Program-made: the position numbers and the translations under genes
NCBI GenBank assembly: GCA_963810095.1
Contig: CAWEMM010000009.1
Location: 352,001-416,000 of the forward strand
Direction: 5' to 3'
Length of the DNA: 64,000 bases
From: an uncultured Chloroflexia bacterium
Lineage (GTDB): Bacteria > Chloroflexota > Anaerolineae > CG2-30-64-16
Notes under the pieces: model-generated
What the model was told of the DNA's origin: nothing
Database searches by the model: none
Seen by the model: only the letters and a program-made list of their open reading frames with translations
Shown here: positions 10,875 to 22,200 of the stretch, one piece after another
Position numbering within the stretch: position 1 is the stretch's first letter
Layout of the letters: the number at the start of each line of letters is the position of its first letter

Positions 10875-11937
10875 TTATGGTACTCCGAATGATGCAATGG
10901 CCTCGGCAATGATCGGGTAGCTGATCTGCCAGCGATCGAGTGGTACGTTCTCCGAGACCTGGATCTGCAGGCGGCCCGTGTGTCCGGCCGCAGCGAGGAT
11001 TTCGTCAGCCGCCGCCCGGATGACTTCGGGATCCGCAAGGTGTACGGAGCCGGGGAAGTTGACCCACAGCCGCTTTTCGGGCCACATAGCGGCCGCCTCG
11101 GCGACCGAGGTGTCGCAGTCGGGCAAAGGCGTGAAGGAGTCGAGCCCGCCGACCCCCGACGTGCCGATTTCCTTCCACAGCGGTTTCAGCATGCCGTCCA
11201 TGTGGACGTAAAGCGGCCTGCCGGTTTCGGCGAGCAGGTCGGCCAGCTCGTTGTAGAGCGAGGCGCAGTATTTCCGGAACCGGGCCGGTCCGATAGCTGG
11301 CGCAGTGATGTTGTCGGGGATGTCGATGTAAGGGGCCGGCGACAGGCGGGCGATCTCGAAGATCTGCCGCGCCCGGCGCACCAGCAGCTCAATCGTGTGC
11401 TCCACGTGGTCGGGCCAGTCGGCCAGGTGCCAGGACAGCGGCCCGAGGCCTACCCACTCAACCCAGAGCTGCTGCCAGGGCGTGCGCTCGCACTCGGCCT
11501 TCGGGAAACCGTCGTCGCCGAGCTCGGCACAATCCTCGAAAGTACTGCTCGTAGTTGTCGTGAACGGTCGAATCCTCCAGATAGCTCCAGAGGATTTCGT
11601 ATTCCTTGCGGGTTTCGATGAAGTGCTTCCGCGCGGTGGAACTGTCAAAGACGGGTTCGAATGCGCGTAACTCGACGAGGTCGCCCTTGGGCGTGTGCAG
11701 CGTGTTCCGCTGCCACTTGGCGCCTGCTTCGTGGAAGAACTCGCTTTCCCACGCACAGTTGGGGTGTTCGATGCGGTAGATGGGCCGATACCGGATGAGG
11801 CCGATGTTGCCGTGTCCGAGCAGGTCGAAGGCCTCCTGGGGCGGGAACATAATGTCGTACATCGCAAAGGGAACGCGGTCCATCTCGCGGCCCTGGACGA
11901 CCGCCAGCATGCGTTCGCGCATCGTCATCGTCTTCAT
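10875..11937 (-). CDS. Uroporphyrinogen decarboxylase/MtaA-like TIM-barrel protein of unknown function (one frameshift near 11540)
   Basis: MTMRERMLAVVQGREMDRVPF N-terminus; IPDNITAPAIGPARFRKY, YVHMDG and DSFTP segments. Confidence 0.6.
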
Positions 11938-12037
11938 TTGCGCACCCCTGGGCTAGTAGCGGAGCGGCAGCGGGCTTCGCCTGCGGAAGTCCTGCCCAAC
12001 AGATGTAGGTCAGTGGTGGCCAGAATTATCACGCGCC

Positions 12038-12133
12038 ATGTTAGCACGGGCCCTGCCGCTTGTCAAGCGATGGTTTACGAGGGGCCAGTTTTTCCGGCTA
12101 CCAGTTGACAAGGCGCCTTAAGTCTGCTATTAT
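12038..12133. promoter_or_regulatory. Divergent sigma70-type promoter pair with palindromic operator
   Basis: Plus strand TTGACA(12105)-N17-TATTAT with TGn; minus strand TTGACA(12066)-N17-TAACAT with TGn; TGTCAAG-N5-GTTTACG at 12061-12079. Confidence 0.7.
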
Positions 12134-12326
12134 CCCCCCGGTGACGCCTAAGGAACCTCCAGCCACTCCCGGCGGCGTCGCGACTTGGCCAGTCCACCAC
12201 CAGTCGGTCACCGTTTCGCAAAAGATCGGAGGACGCCCTACACGATTTCGCCTTCTTCGGCCCTAAGTTCGGACGAACCCGCACTGTCGACAAACAAACC
12301 TACATCTGTGAGTCACAGGAGGAAAG

Positions 12327-13385
12327 ATGGCATCTCGTCGCTTTTCGATCACGTTGCTTCTTGTCGTAGTTGCATCGCTCGTGCTGTCTGCGTGCGCCCC
12401 CGCAGCCGCACCCGCCCCCGCTGCGGCCCCCACTACGGCCCCGGCTGCCGCGGCTAAGCCCTTCAAGATCGGCCTGGTGCATCCCAGCCCGATCACCGAC
12501 TCCTGGAGCGGCCTGGCGTGGGCCGGCCTGAAAAGGCCAAGAACGACCTGGGCGCCGAGATCGCCAACGTCCAGGTGGGCGAGCCGGCCGGCTTCGAGAA
12601 AGCCTTTAGCGACTTCGGCGCTCAGGGCTACGACGTCGTCGTGGGCCACGGTTTCCAGTACAACGACGCGGCCGCCAAGGTCGCCCCGCAGTTCCCCAAG
12701 ACCTACTACGTCATCATGAACGGCAGCAGCACAGGCCCCAACCTGACCGGCATCAACACGATCCCGGGCTACGTCCAGATGATGTACGTGGCCGGCATGG
12801 CCGCAGGCAAGATCTCCAAGACCCACCAGTGCGCAGCGTTCACGCTCGAAATGCCGGCGACCAAGCTCCCCATGCAGGGCTTCGTGCAGGGCTTTGAGAG
12901 CGTCGCCGGCAACAAGTGCAGCCTCGTTACCCTGAACGACCAGAACGACGTAGGGGCGGCCAAGGAAGCGGCCTTGCAGGCCATGAACGACGGCGCGGAC
13001 ATCATCACCGCGAACGCCAACCTGGCCGGCTCGGGCGTGTGGCAGGCCGTGAAGGACAACGGCGCGGACAAGGTCTATGCGGTCGGCACGGTCGGCGACG
13101 TGAACGAACAGGCCCCGAAGAACATGCTGTTCAGCGCCACGCAGGACGTGCCCATGTCCATCTTCAACGCGGTCAAGGCGATCAAGGATGGCACGATCAA
13201 GCCCGGTTCGGGCATCGAGCTGCGCTTCGAGAACAAGGGCGACGAGGCCGCGTACCCCATCGCTGTGGAACTCCAACGTCTCCACCTCGGTCATGACGCC
13301 TGAGCTCAAGGCTGAGATCGAGGCCAACCTGAAGAAGATCCAGACCGGCGAGTTGAAGGTTCCCGAAATCTGGAAGCAGCAGTAA
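12327..13385 (+). CDS. BMP-family ABC substrate-binding lipoprotein (nucleoside/purine-type; 2 frameshifts)
   Basis: Lipobox LSAC, Ala/Pro linker, KIGLVHPSPITDSW, GYDVVVGHGFQY and GADII. Confidence 0.85.
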
Positions 13386-13404
13386 CTTCCAGGCGGACGA
13401 AGAC

Positions 13405-13500
13405 TCTTCACCACAAAGGCACGAGGACACTAAAGGTTCACGAAGCGTTTGGTGCATTGGCTGTGTGAACCTTTGAGCCTTGGTGCCTTAGTGGTGAAGA
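13405..13500. repeat. Palindromic intergenic repeat, family B
   Basis: TCTTCACCACAAAGGCACGAGG ... CCTTGGTGCCTTAGTGGTGAAGA inverted arms. Confidence 0.8.
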
Positions 13501-13545
13501 GCCGACACGAGTTGAGATCCATCCGGGGAATATGAGCATGCCCAC

Positions 13546-14632
13546 ATGAGCGTCCCAGCGGTTAGCAGCGAGCCGTCCTCCGCCGCGGTGAGAAACCAGG
13601 AATTGCTGCTCGCACTTTGGCGGAACCTGGTGCTCCCGGTCCTCTCGATCCTCGCGGCCCTGGCCGTCGGTGCAGCTTGTGCTGGTGCTGGCCGGCTACA
13701 ACGTTGGCGCGGCCTACGGCGCGCTCTGGCAGGGCGTATTCGGCAACACCCGGAACATGGGCGAGGCCTTCCTGCGCGCCACGCCCCTGATCCTGGTCGG
13801 CGCAGGCATCGCCGTTGCCTTCCGCTGCGGGCATCTGGAACATCGGCGCCGAAGGCCAGTTCTACCTGGGCGCGATCGCAGGCACCTTCATCGGCCTGCA
13901 GGTCGGTGGCCTGACCCCGTTCATCGCCATTCCGCTCGGTCTTCTCGCCGGCTTCCTCGCGGGCGGCGCCTGGGCCGAGCATCGCCGGCTGGATGAAGGT
14001 GCGTCTCGGCCTGAACGAGGTCGTCACCACCATCATGCTCAACTACATCGCGCTTGGCGTCGTCAGCTTCATGGTCAACGGGCCGATGCAGGAGAAGATC
14101 CACGCCAACCCGCAAACGGACCAGATCGCCAAGAGCATGTTCCTGCCCCTCATCTGGCCGCCCACCCGCGTCCACCTCGGCTTTGTTTTTGCCGTGATCG
14201 TGGCGGCCGTGCTTGCCTTCATCCTCTTCCGCACCCGCTGGGGCTATGCCATCCGTGCGGTCGGCTTCAATCCCGAGGCCGCCCGGCACGCCGGCATTAA
14301 CGTCAGCCGCCAGTTCCTCCTCGCCATGCTGCTGAGCGGCGGCGCGGCCGGCATTGCCGGCGCGGTCGAGATCATGGGCGTCACCCAGCGGCTCTACCCC
14401 GATCTTTCGCCCGGCTACGGGTTCACGGGCATTGCGGTGTCGCTGCTGGCCAACAACCATCCCGCTGGGCACGATCCTGTCGGGCTGGCTGTTCGGCGCG
14501 CTGGGCTCGGGCTCGCAGATGATGCAGCTCACCGCCCGCATCCCTGACGTCATGATTTACATCATCCAGGGCCTGGTGATCCTGTTCCTGGTCTCGTTCC
14601 GCATTCTGGGCGCGCGGATCGGCCGGAAGTAG
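13546..14632 (+). CDS. ABC transporter permease (CUT2/nucleoside type), frameshifted
   Basis: ATPLILVG, NIGAEGQ, NEVVTTIMLNYIA, GYAIRAVGFNPEAARHAGI and GYGFTGIAVSLL. Confidence 0.88.
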
Positions 14633-14645
14633 GAGGAGACGCCCC

Positions 14646-15575
14646 GTGGCATTGCTGCTGGTCCTGCAATCACTGCTGCAAGCCTCCCTGCGCATGGCGG
14701 CTCCGCTGATTTACACCTCCGTGGGCGAGACCTACAACGAGCGGGCGGGCGTCGTCAACATCGGGCTGGAAGGCATCATGCTCATCGGTGCCGTGCACGG
14801 CTTTCGGTGTCACGTATTATCTGAAGTCGATCGGCCTGGCCGTGCTCGCCGCCGCGCTGGTCGCCGGGTTCTTCGGCCTGATCTTTGCCTATGTGACCGT
14901 GACCCTCCAGGCCAACCAGATCGTCACCGGCACGGCCATGAACCTGATCGGCCTGGGCCTTTCCAGCTTCGTGTACCGCGTGGCGTTCCGTGACATGCCC
15001 GGCGCCCGCATCGAGCCGCTGGCCCGCGATCTCCATCCCCGTCCTGAGCAAGATTCCATTCATCGGCCCCATCCTGTTCGAGCAGAACGTGCTCGTCTAC
15101 GGCGCGCTGGTGCTGACGATGGTCGCGGCGCTGGTCATGAACAAGACCATGCTCGGCCTGTCCATCCGTGCGGTCGGCGAGCATCCGCGGGCCGTCTCCA
15201 CGGCCGGTCTGACCGTCTCGCGCCTGCGCTACGGCGCGGCGATCTTCGGTGCGATGATGGCGGGCATCGGCGGCGCGTACCTGCCGATCGCCTGGGCCAA
15301 CACATTTGTCGAGAACATGGTCGCCGGCCGCGGCTTCATCGCCCTCGCGATCGTCGTCTTTGGGCGCTGGACGCCCGTCGGCGCGTTCCTGGCCAGCATC
15401 CTCTTCGGCTTCACCTACGCGCTCCAGCTGCGCCTGCAGACGCAGAATCTGCGCGTCGCGTACCAGTTCCTGCAGGTGCTTGCCCTACATCGCCACGCTC
15501 GTGATCATGGTCATCCTGCGCGGCCGGTCGACACAGCCAAAAGCCATGGGCGTACCCTATTCGGAGCGAGCATGA
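14646..15575 (+). CDS. ABC transporter permease (CUT2/nucleoside type), frameshifted
   Basis: ERAGVVNIGLEGIML, ANQIVTG, RAVGEHP, GRGFIALA and LPYIATL. Confidence 0.88.
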
Positions 15576-17158
15576 CAGCCACCGACACTCCGGCCCACAG
15601 CACCGTCGGCCGCACTCCCGTGCCCCGCCTGCGGGTGCGCGATGTCTGCAAGAGCTTTGGCACGCTCAGGGCCAACGATCACATCTCGCTCGACGTGATG
15701 CCTGGCGAGGTGATGTGCCTGCTGGGCGAGAACGGCGCGGGCAAGTCGACGCTGATGAACATCGTCTATGGCCTGTACCGTGCGGACCAGGGGCGGATCG
15801 AGATCGACGGCCGCCCGGTGACCATCCGCTCGCCCCACGAGGCCATCGACCACGGCATCGGCATGGTGCACCAGCACTTCATGCTCGTTCCGCCGCTCAC
15901 GGTGACCGACAACATCATCCTCGGGCACCCGGCCCTTGGTCGGTCGCGGTTCGGTCCTCAACGATACGGCGGCGGTCGAGCAGCGCGTCAGCGAGGTGGG
16001 CAAGCGATATGGCCTCAAGATCAAGCCGGACGCCCGCGTTTCAGAACTCAGCGTGGGCGAGCAGCAGCGCGTGGAGATCGTCAAGGCGCTTTACCGCGGG
16101 GTCAGCCTGCTGATCCTCGACGAGCCGACGGCCGTCCTGACGCCGCAGGAGACGACCGATCTTTTCCACACGCTGCGCAGCCTGACCGCGGACGGGCTGG
16201 CCGTCATCTTCATCACCCACAAGCTCAACGAAGTCATGGCCGTCAGCGACCGGGTGACGGTGCTGCGCGACGGGAAGGTCGTCGGCCAGCGCCTGACCAG
16301 CGAGACTTCGATCCACGACCTCGCGGAGCTGATGGTGGGCCGCGAAGTGCAGATGACCATCGACAAGCCCGCCGTGGACTGCGGCGACGAACTGCTGCGT
16401 CATCGAGAACCTGACGGTCGAGGGCGAGCACGGGCGGAAGGCGCTGGACCGCCTCTCGCTGCTGCGTCCACTGCGGCGAGATCGTCGGCGTCGCCGGGGT
16501 GGACGGCAACGGGCAGCGCGAGCTCGCCTTGGCGATCGCGGGCTTGCTGAAGCCCGCGTCCGGGTCGATCCGCCTGGGCACGGCCGACATCGCCGGCAAG
16601 TCGCCGTATGAGATCATCCATGCCGGCTTGCGCCACATCCCGGAAGACCGCCACGCGGCCGGGCCTCGTGCTCGATTTCTCGGTCGCCGATAACCTGATC
16701 CTGAAGCGCTCGGACCAGCCGCCGTTTTCGCGGCGAGGCGTGCTGCAGCCGCGGGCCATCCTCGACTATGCCGCAGCGCACCGTCAAGAAGTTCGACGTG
16801 CGCACGCGCTCGGTCAATACCGAGACCAAGAACCTATCGGGCGGCAACCAGCAGAAGGTCGTGCTGGGCCGCGAGATCGACCAGGACCCCCGGTTGCTCA
16901 TCGCCGCGCAGCCGACCCGCGGCCTGGATGTCGGCGCGACCGAGTACATCCACCAATGCCCTGCTGGCGCAGCGGGCGCGGGGCGTCGCAATCCTGCTGA
17001 TCTCGACCGAACTGGAAGAGATCCTTGCCCTGAGCGACCGCATCGCCGTGATCTACGAGGGCCGCATTATCGGCGAAGTGCCGGGCGACCGGGCAAACAC
17101 GCAGAAGATCGGCCTGATGATGGCCGGCGTCGCGGGGCGAAGATGCTCGCCGCACTAA
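15572..17158 (+). CDS. ABC transporter ATP-binding protein with tandem ATPase domains, frameshifted
   Basis: GENGAGKSTL, GMVHQHFML, LSVGEQQRVEI, LDEPTAVLTPQE, LSGGNQQK and QPTRGLDVGA. Confidence 0.9.
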
Positions 17159-17184
17159 GGCCGACCGATGAAGGAAATGACCAC

Positions 17185-18551
17185 ATGGCAAACATACTGA
17201 TTGAAAACGGCGTCGTCCTGTCGCTCAACCCGCAGCGCGACCTGTTTGCGCCGGGCTACGTCCTGATCGAAGGCGACAAGATTGCCGCGGTTGGGGCCGG
17301 ACGAGTGCGCCGCCCGAAATCGCCGCGCGGGCCGAACGTGTCCTGGACGCGTCGCGCAAGGTCGTCATGCCGGGCATGATTAACATCGCACGAGCACCTC
17401 TTCCAGACCTTCGTGCGCGGCCTTTCCGATAACCGGCCGCTGATGGACTGGCTGCGGGATATCGTGTGGCCGATCAGCGCGGCCATGACCGCGGACGACA
17501 TGTACCTGGCCGCAATGGTGGGCCTGGTCGAAAACCTCCACGGCGGCGCCACTGCGGTGATCGACCACCAGTATCTGCACACGGACCCGGGCAACGACGA
17601 TGCAGCGTGCCGGGCCGCCGCAGAGTTCGGCATGCGCTACCGGCTGGCGCGTGGCTGGACGGACTGAACGCGCCCGCTTCCCTGCTCGACTCGAGCGATC
17701 ACATCGTGGCGGAGACGGGCGCATCCATGACGCCTGGCACGGCAAGGCCAACGGCCGCATTATGGTCGAGTTCGCACCGGGCGTGCCGTGGGGGTGCAGC
17801 GAGGCGACGATGCGCCGGCGCCTACGAGGTTGCGCAAGGAGTGGGACGGCGGCATGCACATCCATGTTGCCGAGACGCGCGTCGAGATCGAGATGGACCG
17901 CGAGACGAAGGGTATGGGCCACATCGAGTGGCTCGATTCGCTCGGCCAGTTGGCCCCGGGCACCCAACTCGTGCACAGCGTCTGGCTCTCTGACCGCGAG
18001 ATCGATCTGATCGAGGGGTCGCGGGTCGGTGGTCGTCCATTGCCCGGCCAGCAACATGTACCTGGGCTCGGGAATTTGCCAGGTGAAGCGGCTGCACGAG
18101 CGCGGCATTCCGGTGGCGCTGGGGCTCGACGGCGCGTGCAACAACGGCTTGGGGATGATCGACCTGCTGAAATGGGCCGCCAATCTGCAGCAGGTGGCGC
18201 ACTTGACGCGCCCGCCCTCAAGCGCGATGGACGTGCTCGATATGGCTTGCCTGGGCGGCGCGGCCGCGATCGGCCAGACCGCGGTCCTCGGCAGCCTCGA
18301 ACCCGGCAAGAAGGCCGACGTCGTCCTGGTCGATCGCGATTCCACCCGGCTTGGCCCTCGCCACGCCGCAGAGCCTGCCCGTTGCTTTGGTCTATACGGC
18401 CAGCAGCGCGGACGTCGACACGGTGATCGTCGACGGCGAAATCCTGCTGCAGGACGGCAAGGTGTGCGGGATCGACGAAGCCGCATTGGTGGCTGAGGCC
18501 CGGTCGGCCTGGGAGGCCGTGCTGGCCCGTGCGGGCGTTTCAGCCGCATAG
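17185..18551 (+). CDS. Amidohydrolase-family deaminase (MtaD/AtzA/guanine deaminase-like), several frameshifts
   Basis: VMPGMIN..HEHLFQT, HIHVAET, VHSVW, VHCPASNMYLGSG, LGLDG and GSLEPGKKAD. Confidence 0.85.
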
Positions 18552-18638
18552 AGTCTTATCATTGTCGTCCCCGTTCCCGGGTATCGCGATCAAGGATGAA
18601 GTGGCCGGGAGAGGACTCGGGGGAAGAGGTCAGGGAGA

Positions 18639-19788
18639 ATGAGCGTGCCCGGCAAGAGTTACGATGTCATCATCATTGGCGGCGGGTTCATCGGTGTCGC
18701 CACGGCTTACTATCTCGCCCGGCGCGGGACGAGCGTCCTCCTCATCGAGGGCAAGAGTCTCGGCAGCGGCTCCACGGGCGCCTGTGCTGGTCGCGCCCAG
18801 GTGTCCGAGTGCCATCCCGGCCTGCATCTCGACCTGGTCCAGCTCGGTCTGCAGCGCCTGGAACACTTGCAGGAAGAGCTGGGCTACGACTTCGAGTGGC
18901 GGCGCTTCGGCAACATCATGCTGGTCGACACCGAGCACGACTGGCAGGGGTGGGCCGCACAAAGCGCATTGCTGGCAGAGCGTGGCATCCCGGCCGCCAT
19001 GTGGGACGCGCAGACGCTCAAGGAAGCCGAGCCCGCGGTCCGCACCGACGACTTGATGGGCGCTGCGTGGTGCCTCGAAGGTCACGTCAACCCGCTCAAA
19101 TACTGTTGGGCCTACGCCCGCGCCGCCCGCCGTTTCGGCGCGGAGATCCATACGCAGGAACCGGTGATCTGCATCGAGCGCGACGGGGAGCGGATCACCG
19201 GCGTGCGGACGCAGCAGGGCTTCTACGGCGCGGGGCAGGTTCTCGTGGCCGCCGGCGCCTGGACCGCTAAGGTGCTCCGGACGGTGGATGTCGAGCTGCC
19301 CCTCAAGTCGACCAACGCGATGGCCATGATCAGCGAGAAGCTGCCACCCGTGCTCAACAACCACGTCGGGGTGGGCAACTTCTACGAGACCATCCACAAG
19401 AAAGCCAAGGCGGTTGCGCTCGGCGTGCTGCAGTTCCAGAACGGCTCGCTCTACATCGCGGAAGCGGTAGAGATGGGGACCATGGTTCGAATGGAGGCGA
19501 CGCCATGGGGACCGCCCGGCATGGCCCAGGTGCTGCTCGACCGTGTGCCCGCGTTCGCAGAGGGTCCACGTCGTCCGCTCGTGGGCCGCACCGAGCCCCT
19601 TCCTCGAGGACGAGCAGCCGGGGGTTGGCTACATCCCGGGCTTCGACAACCTCTTCCTGGCAACCTGCTTCCACCTGCACGTCACCACCGTGCCCGTGTT
19701 GTGCGACATTATCGCGAGCATGGCCCGCGACGAACCCACGGAGCTCGACGTCTCGGCATTCAGCCCCGCCCGGCTGTGGCCGTCGTAA
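18639..19788 (+). CDS. FAD-dependent amine/amino-acid oxidoreductase (DAO/HcnC-like), second copy; frameshift near 19560
   Basis: IIGGGFIG, GSGSTGACAG, GHVNP and VAAGAWT; C-terminus VRSWAAPSPF...AFSPAR in ORF 19543..19788. Confidence 0.85.
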
Positions 19789-19796
19789 AAGAACGC

Positions 19797-19879
19797 GACG
19801 CTGATTGAACTGATTGAACTGATTCGCATGATCCCTTTTAGAGATCATGAAGATCAGTTCGATCGGTTCAATCAGCGTC
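19797..19879. repeat. Palindromic intergenic repeat, family A
   Basis: GACGCTGATTGAACTGATTGAACTGAT ... ATCAGTTCGATCGGTTCAATCAGCGTC. Confidence 0.8.
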
Positions 19880-19911
19880 CTATTTCCGATCAGTTTGAGG
19901 AGTGCGAACGC

Positions 19912-20893
19912 ATGCAACCGCTTTCGATGGAGAATTACAGCGTCAACAAAGCCGCCGTCGCGATGATCAAGGACTCCATCGCGCGCGCGGACGAGCTGCA
20001 GATCAAGGCCTGGCGCGCTGAGTGCGGCGCCATGCTGGTCGACATGGGCCTGAACTGTCCCGGCAGTTGGAAGGCGGGCCAGGTGTTTGTTGAGGCCGGC
20101 TACGGCGGGCTCGGCAAGGCAACGTATGGCGTCTTCGATCTGCCGCCGTTCCGCGTGCCTACGCATCGACGTCTGGGTGGACCACCCGGTGATCGCGGTC
20201 GTCGCATCGCAGGCCGGCTGCTGGGAGTTGGGCAAGGGTGAGTTCGCCCAGATCGGCTCGGGCCCTGCCCGGGCGGTCGCGCTCGCAGATCGCTGGTCGC
20301 ACAGCGGCTACGTTGATCATGCCGACGAAGTCGTCGTCCAGCTGCAGACGCGGCGCATCCCGTCCGACGACCTGTGCCTCCAGGTGGCTGACCTCTGCCA
20401 CGTCAAGCCCGAGAATGTGTATGTCGTCTTCGCGCCCACCGCGTGCCTGGTGGGTGCGGTGCAGGTGGCCTCGCGCACGGTCGAGCAAGTCATGGTCAAG
20501 CTCTTCCTGCACGGCTTCGACATTCATTCGGTGAGGCATGGCTGGGGGACCGCGCCGGTCGCGCCGCTGACGCCCGACGAGGGTGAGGCGATGGGGCGCG
20601 TCAACGACTGCCTCTTCTACGGGGCGACGACGGTGCTCTACTCCGACGCACCCGACGAGGAAATCGAGCCGGTGCTGAACCGGCTGTGCTTCGACGTCAA
20701 TGCGGGCGAGTACTGGGGCATGCCCTTCGCCCAGATCTTCGAGCGCTTCCACCACAACTGGTTCGAGGTGCCCGACCTGATCGACTCGCCCGCGCACGTG
20801 GTGATCAACAGCCTGCGCACCGGGCATACCTTCGCTGGCGGGCAGATCAATCGCGAGGTGCTCCAGCGGTCGTTCTTCGGCCGAGCGGCTTGA
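19912..20893 (+). CDS. mch: Mch-family cyclohydrolase, copy 2 (one frameshift near 20160)
   Basis: YSVN...GAMLVDMG, SQAGCW, GSGPARA, APTACLVGAVQVASRTVE, APVAP, AMGRVNDCLFYG, GMPFAQIF and TGHTFAGG. Confidence 0.85.
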
Positions 20894-20972
20894 CAGGCGC
20901 TCGGGTTAGGCGTTGGGGCGGGCTGCGCTCGCCCCAACAGCGTTTTGTCCGCGTCTTTGGGCAGGGGTAGGA

Positions 20973-22133
20973 ATGGACCTCAGCGTTCGCATCGGCAGCC
21001 TCGAACTCGCCAACCCGGTCATCATTGCGTCGGGCCCGCCCGGCATCGACGGGGCCGCCATCAGGCGTATGGCGGCGGGCGCACCCGGTGCGATCGTCAC
21101 CAAGTCCATCGACCTGAAACCCTCGCCAGGCCAGCGCCTGAGCCTCTCCTACGCCGTCCCGGGCCGCAAGACGCTCGTGCTCACCGACCTCTGGTCCACC
21201 CACAGCCTCGAGGAGTGGTGCGAACGCGAGCTTCCCCTTGCCAAAGCAGGCGGCGTTCCGGTCATCGTCTCGCTGCAGGCGGTTAGCCTCACGCCAGCCG
21301 AGGACATCGCCCGGATGTCGCAGATGGCGGTGGCGGCCGGCGCGGACGCGATCGAGCTTTCGGCGTTCGGCATGTCGCCTAACGTGGTCGACGGCTCAGG
21401 CATCGGCGCGGTGCAGGACCCGGCGCGCACCTTCGACGTGATCCGGGCCGCCAAGCAGGCGGTGCGCGTGCCGGTCATCGCCAAGCTCCTGCCCGAGCCC
21501 TCCAACCTGATCGACCTGGTGCGGGCATGTGAGGCCGGCGGGGCCGATGCGATCGCCTCCCGCGACTCGGTATTCCCGGCCATCGCCTTTGACATACGCA
21601 CCCGCAAGCCTCGGGTGGCGCGCACCTTCGGCGGCTGGATGCCCGAGCTGTCGGGCCGCGCGATCAAGGAAATGGCGCTGGGTTATGTGGTGGAGATTGC
21701 CAGGCGGACGACCTTACCCGTTATCGGTGTGGGCGGCGTGATGACCTGGGAGGATGCGGTCGAGATGATGATCGCGGGCGCGTCTGCGGTCGGCATCTGC
21801 ACGGCGGCAATGGTCGAGGGGCCGAAGGTGAGCGGCAAGTTTCTGCGAGGCATTTCCGGCTACCTCGCGGAACAAGGGGTGACGCTGGAAGCGCTGCGCG
21901 GCAGTGGCCTGGAGGGGATGCGCCAGGTAAACGAGCTGGCCGAGCAGCCGCTGACCATGTGTGTGGACACCCAGGCGTGCAACCTGTGCGGGGTGTGCCT
22001 GCCGGTCTGCCCGGTGCAGGCGATTCACGAGGGCGACGGGCACATCTACATCGCGCCCGAAGAGTGCATTGCCTCCGCGTTCTGCGTCGAAAACTGTGCC
22101 CGGCATGCCATCAGTGTCGTAGCGCCGGCGTGA
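20973..22133 (+). CDS. Dihydropyrimidine dehydrogenase PreA/dihydroorotate dehydrogenase-like flavoprotein with C-terminal ferredoxin domain
   Basis: LANPVIIASGPP, IVTKSI, PVIAKL, SGRAIKEMAL and IGVGGV; C-terminal CNLCGVCLPVCP. Confidence 0.8.
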   Translation: MDLSVRIGSLELANPVIIASGPPGIDGAAIRRMAAGAPGAIVTKSIDLKPSPGQRLSLSYAVPGRKTLVLTDLWSTHSLEEWCERELPLAKAGGVPVIVSLQAVSLTPAEDIARMSQMAVAAGADAIELSAFGMSPNVVDGSGIGAVQDPARTFDVIRAAKQAVRVPVIAKLLPEPSNLIDLVRACEAGGADAIASRDSVFPAIAFDIRTRKPRVARTFGGWMPELSGRAIKEMALGYVVEIARRTTLPVIGVGGVMTWEDAVEMMIAGASAVGICTAAMVEGPKVSGKFLRGISGYLAEQGVTLEALRGSGLEGMRQVNELAEQPLTMCVDTQACNLCGVCLPVCPVQAIHEGDGHIYIAPEECIASAFCVENCARHAISVVAPA

Positions 22134-22144
22134 CGCCTATCTGA

Positions 22145-22187
22145 AACCTCCGAGGCCTCAGCAGAGTTGACACAAGCCTCGGAGGTT
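22145..22187. terminator. Hairpin between convergent genes (possible terminator or REP-like element)
   Basis: AACCTCCGAGGC / GCCTCGGAGGTT perfect 12-bp stem with 19-nt loop. Confidence 0.5.
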
Positions 22188-22200
22188 CGTTCGTCCCGGT

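Noticed and set aside
9874-11937. Identical MKTMT N-termini in E1-beta and the URO-D-like protein
   Set aside because: Five residues only, with differing codons; likely coincidence
17650-17680. TGA after GWTD in the amidohydrolase as a possible selenocysteine
   Set aside because: Homology continues in a different frame (LNAPASLLD), so it is a frameshift; not a Cys position
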